46,943 nt of DNA from Candidatus Woesearchaeota archaeon (GCA_018663865.1 JABJPM010000031.1:1-46943), one strand, 5' to 3'; positions 1 through 13,314 are shown, counted from the first letter of the stretch. Numbers and translations: made by a program. Notes: generated by a model not told the origin, from the sequence alone.

Positions 1-1213
<1,213 letters not shown>

Positions 1214-1272
1214 ATTTTTTATCAATAGTTATTGATCTGTGCTAACAAACTCAAATGCTCATACATTATACA

Positions 1273-1343
1273 GGGCCCATAGTCCAATGGTAGAACAGGG
1301 CGTTTGCAACGCCCAGATCCGGGTTCGATTCCCGGTGGGTCCA
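1273..1343 (+). tRNA. tRNA-Ala(UGC) in the 16S-23S spacer; CCA not encoded
   Basis: Acceptor stem GGGCCCA/TGGGTCC with G3:U70 Ala determinant; anticodon arm GGGCG-TTTGCAA-CGCCC; T arm with GTTCGATT. Confidence 0.98.
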
Positions 1344-1417
1344 TTTTCCAATAGGAATTTATGCAGCTCAGACAACGTAAAGTTTCTGGGTGAAGGATTT
1401 CATTTTCATGAAATCAT

Positions 1418-1438
1418 CATAGGCAAGATTATAACCTT
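1418..1438 (+). other. 5' arm of 23S pre-rRNA processing stem
   Basis: CATAGGCAAGAT and TATAACCTT are reverse complements of 4357-4368 and 4344-4352, leaving a 4-nt bulge (AAAT) on the 3' arm. Confidence 0.85.
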
Positions 1439-1444
1439 AAGTTT

Positions 1445-4337
<2,893 letters not shown>

Positions 4338-4343
4338 AATTTA

Positions 4344-4368
4344 AAGGTTATAAAATATCTTGCCTATG
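4344..4368 (+). other. 3' arm of 23S pre-rRNA processing stem
   Basis: Pairs with 1418-1438. Confidence 0.85.
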
Positions 4369-4370
4369 TT

Positions 4371-4409
4371 AATTTCCTTTTTGGAAATTTTTTTCTTTTT
4401 TTTTCTTTT
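4371..4409 (+). terminator. rRNA operon terminator (hairpin plus long T tract)
   Basis: AATTTCC-TTTTT-GGAAATT hairpin followed by about 20 nt of mostly T. Confidence 0.65.
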
Positions 4410-4418
4410 AACATTAAC

Positions 4419-4426
4419 TTTATAAA
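4419..4426 (+). promoter_or_regulatory. TATA box of RNase P RNA gene
   Basis: TTTATAAA 20 nt upstream of the P1 helix start. Confidence 0.65.
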
Positions 4427-4446
4427 GCATATACTACAAATATAAT

Positions 4447-4762
4447 TGTAGGTAAGTGCCTGACTATCCTGACAATGGGAGGAAAGTCCACACACTAAAT
4501 AATCGGTCGCTTAATAATATTAAGTCGGAGAAATCCGAGGCAACCGCTCAGAAACGGCACGTCCTTATATCGTTAAAACCCATGATGTTGCGAAGTTTTC
4601 GGTGACGAAAATGAGTTAACCAGCTGAGAAGATATGAGGGAACGATGAAACGGCGAGTCCCGACTTAGTGCAAGTCTTAGAGACGCTTAGTCGAATGTCA
4701 GAGGATCTGTTCGTGTTTTTCAAACGAAGGTCTTAACAGAAAGTGGCTTACACTTGCCTACA
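4447..4762 (+). ncRNA. rnpB: RNase P RNA
   Basis: GAGGAAAGTCC (CR-I), CAGAAAC, GATGAAACGG, GTGCAAG, GCTTAGTCGAATG, AACAGAAAGTGGCTTA (CR-V); P1 TGTAGGTAAGTG/CACTTGCCTACA. Confidence 0.96.
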
Positions 4763-4808
4763 CTTTATTTTTAGAAACATTTAAATTCTAAAGAAATAAA
4801 AATCAATT

Positions 4809-5117
4809 ATGAGATTTGACAAACATATAATATTTGCACTTCTATTGGCATTGACATTTTTATCAATAGGGACAGCATATTATAGTAATGCTGAAAGTTG
4901 GTCAAAAGTAGATTCATTTTATTTCTCGACTATGACATTAACAACGATCGGATATGGAGATTTAACTCCAACATTTGATGAATCAAAGATTTTCACGTCG
5001 ATATATGCTTTATTGGGAATAGGAATAATACTATATTTGATTGGTTCCATAATTGCAAAATTCTTTTTTCAAAAAGAAGTTTATTTTGACAAATTATTAA
5101 AAAAATTTGAGAAATAA
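4809..5117 (+). CDS. Minimal 2-TM potassium channel
   Basis: Selectivity filter TTIGYGD between two hydrophobic helices, 102 aa. Confidence 0.92.
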   Translation: MRFDKHIIFALLLALTFLSIGTAYYSNAESWSKVDSFYFSTMTLTTIGYGDLTPTFDESKIFTSIYALLGIGIILYLIGSIIAKFFFQKEVYFDKLLKKFEK

Positions 5118-5152
5118 TAACCTTTATAAATTAACTAAAATCTAATTTAACG

Positions 5153-5320
5153 ATGGCAGACAACAAAATACAATTACCTTCCGGAATGGGAGGCTTGATA
5201 AGATATTCAGAAAACTCAACGTCCAACATTCAATTCAAACCAGGGACGATTGTTTTATTCATAATATTAGTAATAATAATAGAAATTATGTTACATACAT
5301 GGGGCGGAAAATTAATATGA
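5153..5320 (+). CDS. secG: Preprotein translocase subunit Sec61beta/SecG (55 aa, not in ORF track)
   Basis: My translation: MADNKIQLPSGMGGLIRYSENSTSNIQFKPGTIVLFIILVIIIEIMLHTWGGKLI; GGLxRY motif, P before a single C-terminal TM; TATA at 5123-5130. Confidence 0.9.
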   Translation: MADNKIQLPSGMGGLIRYSENSTSNIQFKPGTIVLFIILVIIIEIMLHTWGGKLI

Positions 5321-5640
5321 TGCCCGGAATGAATCCTAGACAAATGAATAAAATGATGCAAAAAATGGGCATCAAACAAGATGAAATTGATGCATCTGAA
5401 GTAATAATAAAAACTCCTGGGAAAAATTTAGTTATAAAAAATCCATCTGTAACAAAAGTAGATATGATGGGACAAAAAACATTTCAGATTATAGGGGAGA
5501 TCACAGAAGAATCACCAATCTCTGAAGAAGATATCAATACTGTTGCGGAACAAGCAAATGTTTCTAAAGAAGATGCCAAAAACGAATTAGAAAAAACAAA
5601 TGGTGATTTAGCTGAAGCAATAGTGAATTTATCAGAATAA
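5317..5640 (+). CDS. nac: Nascent polypeptide-associated complex protein
   Basis: MPGMNPRQMNKMMQKMGI, NAC domain and C-terminal UBA (GDLAEAI); start placed at the ATGA overlap with secG rather than 5299. Confidence 0.95.
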   Translation: MMPGMNPRQMNKMMQKMGIKQDEIDASEVIIKTPGKNLVIKNPSVTKVDMMGQKTFQIIGEITEESPISEEDINTVAEQANVSKEDAKNELEKTNGDLAEAIVNLSE

Positions 5641-5675
5641 CTTACTTTTATATATTTTAATCAACTACCAATTGT

Positions 5676-6161
5676 ATGCAAAAATTTAGTAATCTTGTTT
5701 TAGAAGCAAATAAAAAATTAAAATTGGCAGATCATATTGCCTATGTCACTTATCCCTTATTAAAAGAAACAAAATTATTGTTGACTATTCTGGAGAATAC
5801 AAATAAATCTTTGATTCTTGCCTTAAACGCATATTTACATTATGATCATCTATACAAGAGGATCTCGCACATTCCAGAATCCTTGGGAGATAAATTAGAT
5901 ATTTTTGAAAGATCTTCAGCAAAAAGATATAATTTGGAAGGATATAAACAACTAATTTTAGAAATAAATGAAATTTTAAAAAAACATAAGGATGCACCAG
6001 TTGCATTTGTGAAAAAAGATAAACTAGTAATCTGTTCAAAAAATTATAAGATAAAAACATTAGAGATTGAAGATGCCAAAATGTACTTATCAAAAGCAAA
6101 ACCTTTTATATTAAGACTGCACAATATACTGAAACAAGAACATGCAAATAGACGACGCTAA
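5676..6161 (+). CDS. Hypothetical protein, possible HEPN-like helical fold
   Basis: 161 aa; shares ADHxxYV and C-terminal YxxKxKxFI pattern with the next gene. Confidence 0.6.
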   Translation: MQKFSNLVLEANKKLKLADHIAYVTYPLLKETKLLLTILENTNKSLILALNAYLHYDHLYKRISHIPESLGDKLDIFERSSAKRYNLEGYKQLILEINEILKKHKDAPVAFVKKDKLVICSKNYKIKTLEIEDAKMYLSKAKPFILRLHNILKQEHANRRR

Positions 6162-6579
6162 AGAAGAAATTAAAAGAGCTGACCACCTCATCTATGTAAG
6201 TTTAAAATATACTAGAACCTGCGATATTATGCAAAATATATTTAAGAGATTGGTCGCCGCATATGATCATGCTATTTTGGCATCGTTAGAAAAAGCAAAA
6301 GAGCAGGGAAAAACGGAGTTCATCCCGAATTCAAAAATGTTAAAGGCGGAAAGCCTATACCGATTAAAAAGAAAATTCAAAGAACATTTAGACTTATATT
6401 TTTTTATGAAAAAAGTTGGCGCTTCTGATTTTGGAAGAAGGGAAGAATATAGAAAACACGTAACAATGCTTTGTTACATCACAGAAGAAAAAATAGTAGA
6501 AATTAATGTTCCACAAGTAATGGAATATTTTGAAAAAACAAAATTATTTATAAATGATGTTGAGGAATATTTAGGATGA
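6142..6579 (+). CDS. Hypothetical protein, possible HEPN-like helical fold
   Basis: 145 aa; paralogous to 5676-6161; ATGA-coupled to minD. Confidence 0.6.
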   Translation: MQIDDAKEEIKRADHLIYVSLKYTRTCDIMQNIFKRLVAAYDHAILASLEKAKEQGKTEFIPNSKMLKAESLYRLKRKFKEHLDLYFFMKKVGASDFGRREEYRKHVTMLCYITEEKIVEINVPQVMEYFEKTKLFINDVEEYLG

Positions 6580-7340
6580 CTCATTATGTGGGGATTTTAT
6601 CCGGGAAAGGCGGTGTAGCAAAAACTACCACTGCTGTAAATTTGAGTGCAGCAATGAATCATTTCGGAAGAGACGTTGTATTGATGGATGCGAATTTATC
6701 CACTCCAAATGTGGGATTACATCTTGGTGCAGCAGTTGTTCCAATAAATTTACATCATGTTCTAAAAGGAAAAAATCACATTTCTGAATCAATTTATCTG
6801 CATCCTTCTGGAATAAAAATAATTCCTGCAGGATTATCAATCAAAGATTTGAAGGATGTTGTTCCTGAAAATTTAAAAAAAGTTTTGCCTTCATTAGATG
6901 GCCTAACTGATATTGTAGTAATTGATGGTGCGGCAGGACTTGGAAGAGAAGCTTTAGCATTAATGAACGCAGTAGACGATATAATCATAGTAACTAATCC
7001 AGAACTTCCAGCAGTTGCAGATGCAATGAAAACAATTAGAATTGCAGAAGATTTGGGAAAAAATGTGAGGGGAGTGGTAGTAACAAAGACTGGTGGAGAA
7101 GGAGATATTTCAGATTTAAATTTACAAACACTCTTGGAAAAACCAATTTTATCGACGATTCCTTACGACACAGCAATAAGATCGAGTTTGATAAAGAAAG
7201 ATCCAGTTATTTACACGCATCCCAAAAGTAAAAGTTCAATAGCATATAAAAAATTAGCTGCAGAATTAATTGGGATAGAATATGATGAAAAACCTGCAGG
7301 AAAATTCACAAGTTTCATGAATAGGTTAAGATCAAAGTAA
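6576..7340 (+). CDS. minD: MinD/ParA family ATPase
   Basis: Deviant Walker A SGKGGVAKTT, DANLSTPN, IDGAAG, VTNPELPAVADA. Confidence 0.92.
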   Translation: MTHYVGILSGKGGVAKTTTAVNLSAAMNHFGRDVVLMDANLSTPNVGLHLGAAVVPINLHHVLKGKNHISESIYLHPSGIKIIPAGLSIKDLKDVVPENLKKVLPSLDGLTDIVVIDGAAGLGREALALMNAVDDIIIVTNPELPAVADAMKTIRIAEDLGKNVRGVVVTKTGGEGDISDLNLQTLLEKPILSTIPYDTAIRSSLIKKDPVIYTHPKSKSSIAYKKLAAELIGIEYDEKPAGKFTSFMNRLRSK

Positions 7341-7388
7341 AACCAATAACTTTAAAAGTAAATTATTCATTTAATTCTTTATATAGTG

Positions 7389-7460
7389 GCGATAGTAGTT
7401 AAGTGGTTATAATACACGGTTGTGGTCCGTGTGTCCGGAGTTCGATTCTCCGCTATCGCA
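7389..7460 (+). tRNA. tRNA-His(GUG); genomic G at -1, A73 discriminator
   Basis: Acceptor GCGATAG/CTATCGC; anticodon arm CACGG-TTGTGGT-CCGTG; T arm CGGAG-TTCGATT-CTCCG. Confidence 0.97.
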
Positions 7461-7469
7461 TTATTTAAA

Positions 7470-9257
7470 ATGGCAAACTCAACTAAATGGGATTTAGAAA
7501 AACATTTCGATAAATCAAAATTTGAAGAACAGAGAAAACTTTGGAAAACAGAAGTAACAAAATTTGCAGAAAAATATAGAAAAGATAATTCTTATTTGAA
7601 AGATTCAAAAAAATTATTAATGGCCCTTGAAGAATTAGAGGAATTAGAAACAAATTACGGTTCAACCTCTGATGAAGTTTATTATTACTGGTTAAAGTCT
7701 CAAAAAGATCAAGACGATCCAAAAATAAAAGCAAAATTTAATCAAATAGAAAATTTTTCAATAGAGATCTCGAATCAATTAGAATTTTTCATGTTAGATT
7801 TAGCAAAAATATCTGAAGAGAAACAAAAAGAATTTTTATCAAATGAAGAATTAAAAAAATATAAGCATTTATTGAAAAAATTATTTGAGAATGCAAAATA
7901 TTTACTTTCAGAAAAGGAAGAAATAATTTTAAATTTAAAGTCCCAAAGTTCATATTCCCTTTGGGTATCAATGGTAGAAAGATTATTGTCCAAAGAACAA
8001 AGAGAAGTAAAAGGGGAATCTGGAGAATCAAAAAACAGAACCTATGAAGAACTATTGTCTTTACTAAAATCAAAAGATAAAGATATTAGGGATGGTGCCG
8101 CAAAAGCATTTAATGATATTTTGGAGAATAACGTTAATGTGGCCGAAGAGGAACTAAATGCCGTATTAAATAATAAACAAGTCAATGATTCATTAAGGGG
8201 ATTAGAACGTCCAGATGAGGCAAGACATGTGTCTGACGACATAGATACTAGTGTTGTAGACACATTAGTAAAAACAGTTGAAGAAAATTATGACATTTCT
8301 CAAAAATTTTACAAGTTGAAGGCAAAATTACTTGGTTTACAAAAATTAGAATATCATGAAAGGGCAGTAGAGTACGGGAATATAACCAAAGAATACTCTT
8401 ATGAAGATTCAATAGATTTAGTTAGTAAAACATTCAAAAATTTAGATGAAGATTTCACAAAGATAATAACTGGGTTTGTAGAAAATGGGCAAGTAGATGT
8501 TTTTCCAAAAAAAGGAAAATCTGGCGGAGCATTTTGCGTACACATGTTAAAAAAACAACCAACATTCATATTATTAAATCATAAAAATAAAATAAGTGAT
8601 GTTCGAACAATTGCTCATGAATTTGGGCACGGGATCAATAATGAGATGATGAAGAAAAAACAACCTTCGCTTTATTTCGATACTCCAACTTCTACGGCGG
8701 AAGTCGCAAGTACATTCATGGAAGATTTTGTAATGCAAGAATTACTTCGGGGTGCAGATGATGAAACAAGACTGGCACTACTGATGCAAAAGTTGAATGA
8801 AGAAATTTCAACAATCCATCGACAAATCGCATGTTATAAATTTGAACAAGAATTGCATGATGCATATAAAAATTCCGGACATTTATCCAAAGACGAAATT
8901 GGTAAATTATTCCAAAAAAATATGGCGGCATACATGGGTGACTTTGTAGAACAATCTGAAGGTTCGGAAAATTGGTGGGTATATTGGAGCCACATAAGGC
9001 GCTTTTTTTATGTATATTCTTATGCATCCGGATTACTGATCTCAAAAGCAATGCAATCGATGGTTAAAAAAGATCCAAAAAATATTGAAAAGGTAAAGGA
9101 ATTTTTATCTGCAGGATCCTCGGAATCTCCAAAAGATATTTTTTTGAAATTTGGAATAGATATCTCAAAAAAAAGCTTCTGGGAACAAGGATTAGCCGAA
9201 ATCAGAGATTTACTTTCAGAAACAGAAGATCTTGCAAAAAAATTGGGCAAAATTTAA
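7470..9257 (+). CDS. pepF: Oligoendopeptidase F (M3B)
   Basis: HEFGH zinc motif, AEVASTFME, HIRRFFYVYSYA; start moved to ATG 7470 because the 7422 start lies inside tRNA-His. Confidence 0.93.
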   Translation: MANSTKWDLEKHFDKSKFEEQRKLWKTEVTKFAEKYRKDNSYLKDSKKLLMALEELEELETNYGSTSDEVYYYWLKSQKDQDDPKIKAKFNQIENFSIEISNQLEFFMLDLAKISEEKQKEFLSNEELKKYKHLLKKLFENAKYLLSEKEEIILNLKSQSSYSLWVSMVERLLSKEQREVKGESGESKNRTYEELLSLLKSKDKDIRDGAAKAFNDILENNVNVAEEELNAVLNNKQVNDSLRGLERPDEARHVSDDIDTSVVDTLVKTVEENYDISQKFYKLKAKLLGLQKLEYHERAVEYGNITKEYSYEDSIDLVSKTFKNLDEDFTKIITGFVENGQVDVFPKKGKSGGAFCVHMLKKQPTFILLNHKNKISDVRTIAHEFGHGINNEMMKKKQPSLYFDTPTSTAEVASTFMEDFVMQELLRGADDETRLALLMQKLNEEISTIHRQIACYKFEQELHDAYKNSGHLSKDEIGKLFQKNMAAYMGDFVEQSEGSENWWVYWSHIRRFFYVYSYASGLLISKAMQSMVKKDPKNIEKVKEFLSAGSSESPKDIFLKFGIDISKKSFWEQGLAEIRDLLSETEDLAKKLGKI

Positions 9258-9281
9258 ATATAATCAACAATTAAGATAAAT

Positions 9282-9425
9282 ATGGATTCGAAAGCTAGGT
9301 GGAGATTATTCAAAAAAACAATAAAAATAGCTGTAGCAATTTTAATCACTATTTGGCAATACCATTTATGGCGAGAAAAAAAAGAATTAGAGCAAGATAA
9401 CGTACACTATCAAAAAGAATTCTAA
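9282..9425 (+). CDS. Small hypothetical protein, 47 aa, one hydrophobic segment
   Basis: MDSKARWRLFKKTIKIAVAILITIWQYHLWREKKELEQDNVHYQKEF; fills the intergenic gap. Confidence 0.5.
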   Translation: MDSKARWRLFKKTIKIAVAILITIWQYHLWREKKELEQDNVHYQKEF

Positions 9426-9464
9426 TCAAAACCTATTTAAACAAAAGAATAGGAGGTTTACATC

Positions 9465-10775
9465 ATGGAATTACAATTACCAAAGGGAATGAGGGACATT
9501 CACCCAGAAGATAAGATTCTTAGAGAAACAATTACAAAAGAATTAACAAAAATCTTCGAAGTATATGGTTTCAACCCTTTAGAAACCCCTATTGTAGAAA
9601 GATTTGATGTATTATCAAATAAATTCGGCGCAGGAGAAACTTCTGACGCTATGAGGGAAACATTCAAACTAGAGGATCAAGGAAGTAGAAAACTTGGTCT
9701 AAGATTCGATTTAACAGTACCATTGGCAAGATATATTGCGATGAACCCAAACATAAAATTACCTTTCAAACGTTATCAGATTGGAGAAGTATTCAGAGAT
9801 GGACCAATAAAACTTGGGAGATATAGGGAATTTTGGCAATGTGATGTGGACAGTGTTGGTTCAAGGAATATGTTAGCAGATGCAGAATTAGTAAAATTAG
9901 CATTGGATGTATTCAAAAAATTAAAGTTAAATGCCCATATTGAAATTAACAACAGGAAACTTTTGGAATCTTTGATGTTAAATGCTGGAGTAAAAAAATC
10001 AAAGATGCAAGACGCAGTAATAATAATTGATAAGTTACAAAAGATTGGATTAGAGGGTGTTACGGCAGAACTTTCAAAAATATTCGATGAATCCACAATT
10101 GAAGGAATAGTAACAATTTTAAAAATTGAGGGCACACCACAACAAATTTTCGATCAATTAGAACCTATGATCAAGGGTGCTGATGGAAGGGAAGGAATAG
10201 AAGAATTAAAAAAAATATTTACATATTTCAATAAAAAACAAAAAGAAATGATTAAATTAAATCTCTCTTTAGCAAGAGGTTTTAGATATTACACTGGTAC
10301 TATTTTTGAAGGATTTTTAAATGACTCTCAAGTTACCTCCTCTATTTGCGGTGGTGGAAGATATGATAATATGATTGCAGATTATGCAGGGTCAGGAGAG
10401 TATCCTTCCGTAGGAATATCATTTGGATTAGATGTTATTGCAGAAGCAATAAAAATTGAGAATCCAGATCAGATAAAAACAAAAGTAAAACTTTATGTTA
10501 TCCCAATTAAAACTACAAAAGAAGTAATACAAAAAGCTACGAGTGAATCAATAAAAATAATAGATAAACTAAGGAAAGAAAATCTTCCTGTTGATATGGA
10601 TATCACTTCTAGAGCAATTTCTAAAAATTTAGATTATGTTGACAAATTGAACATCCCATACGCTTTAATAATTGGTAAAAAAGAAATAAATCAACATAAA
10701 TATACCTTGAGAAACATGAAAACCGGGAAAGAAAAATTAGTTTCTTATGAGGATTTATTAAGAAAATTAAAATAA
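9465..10775 (+). CDS. hisS: Histidyl-tRNA synthetase
   Basis: LPKGMRD, LRFDLTVP, FRDGPIKLGRYREFWQCD, RGFRYYTG, GGGRYD; SD AGGAGG upstream. Confidence 0.97.
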   Translation: MELQLPKGMRDIHPEDKILRETITKELTKIFEVYGFNPLETPIVERFDVLSNKFGAGETSDAMRETFKLEDQGSRKLGLRFDLTVPLARYIAMNPNIKLPFKRYQIGEVFRDGPIKLGRYREFWQCDVDSVGSRNMLADAELVKLALDVFKKLKLNAHIEINNRKLLESLMLNAGVKKSKMQDAVIIIDKLQKIGLEGVTAELSKIFDESTIEGIVTILKIEGTPQQIFDQLEPMIKGADGREGIEELKKIFTYFNKKQKEMIKLNLSLARGFRYYTGTIFEGFLNDSQVTSSICGGGRYDNMIADYAGSGEYPSVGISFGLDVIAEAIKIENPDQIKTKVKLYVIPIKTTKEVIQKATSESIKIIDKLRKENLPVDMDITSRAISKNLDYVDKLNIPYALIIGKKEINQHKYTLRNMKTGKEKLVSYEDLLRKLK

Positions 10776-10782
10776 AAAAAAA

Positions 10783-11445
10783 TTAAAGTTTTTTATAAAT
10801 TGTTGCTAATGCAGTCATATATGTGACTCCATATAGGAATCTTTGAATTCCACCACCAATATCAAAAAATAATATTTTAGGTATTAGGGCTAGTACAATC
10901 GCAATTAAGAATCCATAACCTACTGCCAATATCCATGTTCCAATAAATTTGCCAGTAAATGCTTTTTTCCAGACTATCTTTTTGAAACCATCTTCAAATT
11001 TAAATTTATTTGAATAATTAATCAAAGCTGAATTACTCACAAGAATCGATAAAGCAAACAAAGTAATCGCTAGCATAAATAGTACAAAAACAGGGCCAGT
11101 AATGTTTTCTGCTAAGAGTGAAATAAAACCAGGATGTATAGCAAAAACCATCATATACTCAAATGGATTGTCAACAATCGTAGCAAGAGATAACGATAAT
11201 AAAATTAATGCAGGAAGCATATATGTGAATGATATTATGCTACCAAGTATTCCCGTAATAAATAAGTTACCAAAATTTTCCCATTTAGGCATTGCAAATT
11301 TTCCAGTCATCGCAGTTTTAGCACACCTAAACTGATATCCAATTGAAATAAAATTAACTATCGGAATTATACTAATAATAATTCCTATCAATAATTTGTT
11401 AAAATCCGTAAATGGTCGCCGCATGGCATCAATCAAATGTTTCAT
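10783..11445 (-). CDS. DUF4013-like membrane protein
   Basis: IIPIVNFISIGY...MPKWENFGNLFITG pattern with several TM helices; SD GGAGGT. Confidence 0.75.
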   Translation of the reverse strand: MKHLIDAMRRPFTDFNKLLIGIIISIIPIVNFISIGYQFRCAKTAMTGKFAMPKWENFGNLFITGILGSIISFTYMLPALILLSLSLATIVDNPFEYMMVFAIHPGFISLLAENITGPVFVLFMLAITLFALSILVSNSALINYSNKFKFEDGFKKIVWKKAFTGKFIGTWILAVGYGFLIAIVLALIPKILFFDIGGGIQRFLYGVTYMTALATIYKKL

Positions 11446-11458
11446 ATTTTAAACCTCC

Positions 11459-11551
11459 TCAAAATATCTTTTTAATTGGATGAATCAAAGTAGATAAAAA
11501 CAAAGAAATTAATCCTGCAACTTCTGAACTCTTTTCTTGTATTTTGTTCAT
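11459..11551 (-). CDS. Possible 30-aa peptide
   Basis: MNKIQEKSSEVAGLISLFLSTLIHPIKKIF; ATGA-coupled to the upstream gene. Confidence 0.3.
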   Translation of the reverse strand: MNKIQEKSSEVAGLISLFLSTLIHPIKKIF

Positions 11552-11799
11552 AGTTCTATTTTCACCCCACCGATCCAACGTGATAATGAGTTATATATAA
11601 AAATTAAAATCAATACTAAGATAAAAAAAGATATTGCCCCAACAAATGATGCAATAAGAATTGAATTCCATCCAATATTTTCTCCACTCCCATTAGGAAT
11701 TATTTTTGCAAAGAATATATCGATTAAAACACTTAAAAAACTAAATGCTGCTAGCATTTTCATACTAGATTTCATATCAATTCTTTTTATTTCTTTCAT
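11548..11799 (-). CDS. Small 2-TM protein, DUF3566-like
   Basis: IKRID..S at the N-terminus and YNSLSRWIGGVKIEL at the C-terminus resemble DUF3566; start uncertain (11808 or 11799). Confidence 0.55.
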   Translation of the reverse strand: MKEIKRIDMKSSMKMLAAFSFLSVLIDIFFAKIIPNGSGENIGWNSILIASFVGAISFFILVLILIFIYNSLSRWIGGVKIEL

Positions 11800-12529
11800 T
11801 ATTATCATTTTCTAAATTTAACTGTATATAAATCTTTTCAAAATGTGCAGACTGTTTCATATTAATTTTATCATGATTTTCTAAATGAAGCAAGGGCATG
11901 AATGTATAGACCTTGTCTGTTTTTTCCCCGCCATCCAATAAATGATTGAAAGTAATATCATCTTCATTTTTCTGAAACCAATCAATTATTGAACCATGGA
12001 TGCTCTTTATTTTTTCACCAAGGTTGATATTTCGTTCAGGGATTCTAATTGATTCTGGAATTCTGTCAAATCTTCTCTTCCTTATCTCCCTTCTTTCATC
12101 AACTTCCAATGCCTTTTCTAATGCCCCGACTAGATCATTAAGGGTAACCTTCCTTTTTCTTGTTTGGGGAGTTTTAATTGTCAATCTTACATTATGATCA
12201 TTGGTTCCTAGGTGGTAATTACTTGAATATCCATCCTCTTCATCATCCTCTTCATTCGAAAACAATAAACTATCAAAGTCAGCAAAATTATTATTCAGTA
12301 GATTATTAGTTTTTATTTTCAATAAAATGGATGCTGCTAAAACAACTTTTCCAGAAACAAAAAAATTAACCTCTTTCAACTGTTTCACAATATCCACGTA
12401 TTTTTTTGCTAACAAAGAAATATCTACATCCCATGGGTCAATCCCTTCCGATTTAACTAAATCCTTAATAAGATCTTGCCATGTAATCTCATCTCTTTTT
12501 AGCAGCATATCTAATATTTGATCCTGCAT
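11777..12529 (-). CDS. scpA: Segregation and condensation protein A (kleisin)
   Basis: IDPWDVDISLLAKKY, GKVVLAASILLKIK, VTLNDLVGAL, FMPLLHL...Q..HFEKI. Confidence 0.92.
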   Translation of the reverse strand: MQDQILDMLLKRDEITWQDLIKDLVKSEGIDPWDVDISLLAKKYVDIVKQLKEVNFFVSGKVVLAASILLKIKTNNLLNNNFADFDSLLFSNEEDDEEDGYSSNYHLGTNDHNVRLTIKTPQTRKRKVTLNDLVGALEKALEVDERREIRKRRFDRIPESIRIPERNINLGEKIKSIHGSIIDWFQKNEDDITFNHLLDGGEKTDKVYTFMPLLHLENHDKINMKQSAHFEKIYIQLNLENDNNERNKKN

Positions 12530-12607
12530 ATCCTAAAAAAACATCTCGAATTAATAAAGATTTCTAAGAATCAAAATTATTATAAAGGAAAATATATTCT
12601 CTAAACT

Positions 12608-13270
12608 ATGTATGAAAGTGCGCTATCCTTGGGCAGATTTGAAAAATACTTCAAAGAGAGAAGGTTAGGCGAGTTCTATTTTCCAAATGGCGAATGTTTA
12701 ATTGGACCAGCAGAAGGAAAGATTTCAGAGCGACACGGTCCATTCCACATAGAAATGGATGATCTATATCGTACAATAACTGGGTGGGATGAAAATGGTA
12801 ACAAAGAGTTGCCGTTGGAAGATATACTTGGGGTAATGATTTTTGGAGATGCAGTAAGATATCCAGGTTATAGGTCAAGGAAGAAATATTGGTTATTTGG
12901 CGAGAAAATAAATACTGAAAAACAAGAAAAGATTCAGCCATCCTATGCAGACATTTTAATAATTACAAAAAAAACAGAGGATTATTCGCCAAAAATTTTG
13001 GAACCTGAGATTTATTCAAGAGATGGTATCCAGATTACGGCAGGAGGAATAAGACCCCACATAATTGATTATACAAATTATTTTCACAGATTTTTTAAAA
13101 ATTCCATATCAGAATGTGGAAATTTAGATGATGGGATAATGATTCTAGAATGTAATAATGAATTAATAAGGGATCAATCAATATCAAATGAATTTATACC
13201 GCACACAATTGCTTGGAAAGAGGATAAAAATACAAAATTATATGCCGGAATAGACTTTATTTTCAATTAA
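12608..13270 (+). CDS. Hypothetical protein (weak nucleotidyltransferase-like pattern)
   Basis: 220 aa; VMIFGD...YADILII loosely resembles MNT motifs. Confidence 0.55.
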   Translation: MYESALSLGRFEKYFKERRLGEFYFPNGECLIGPAEGKISERHGPFHIEMDDLYRTITGWDENGNKELPLEDILGVMIFGDAVRYPGYRSRKKYWLFGEKINTEKQEKIQPSYADILIITKKTEDYSPKILEPEIYSRDGIQITAGGIRPHIIDYTNYFHRFFKNSISECGNLDDGIMILECNNELIRDQSISNEFIPHTIAWKEDKNTKLYAGIDFIFN

Positions 13271-13314
13271 TTCAATTTAGACACACTTATAAATGGTTTT
13301 TGATTCACCTTAAT

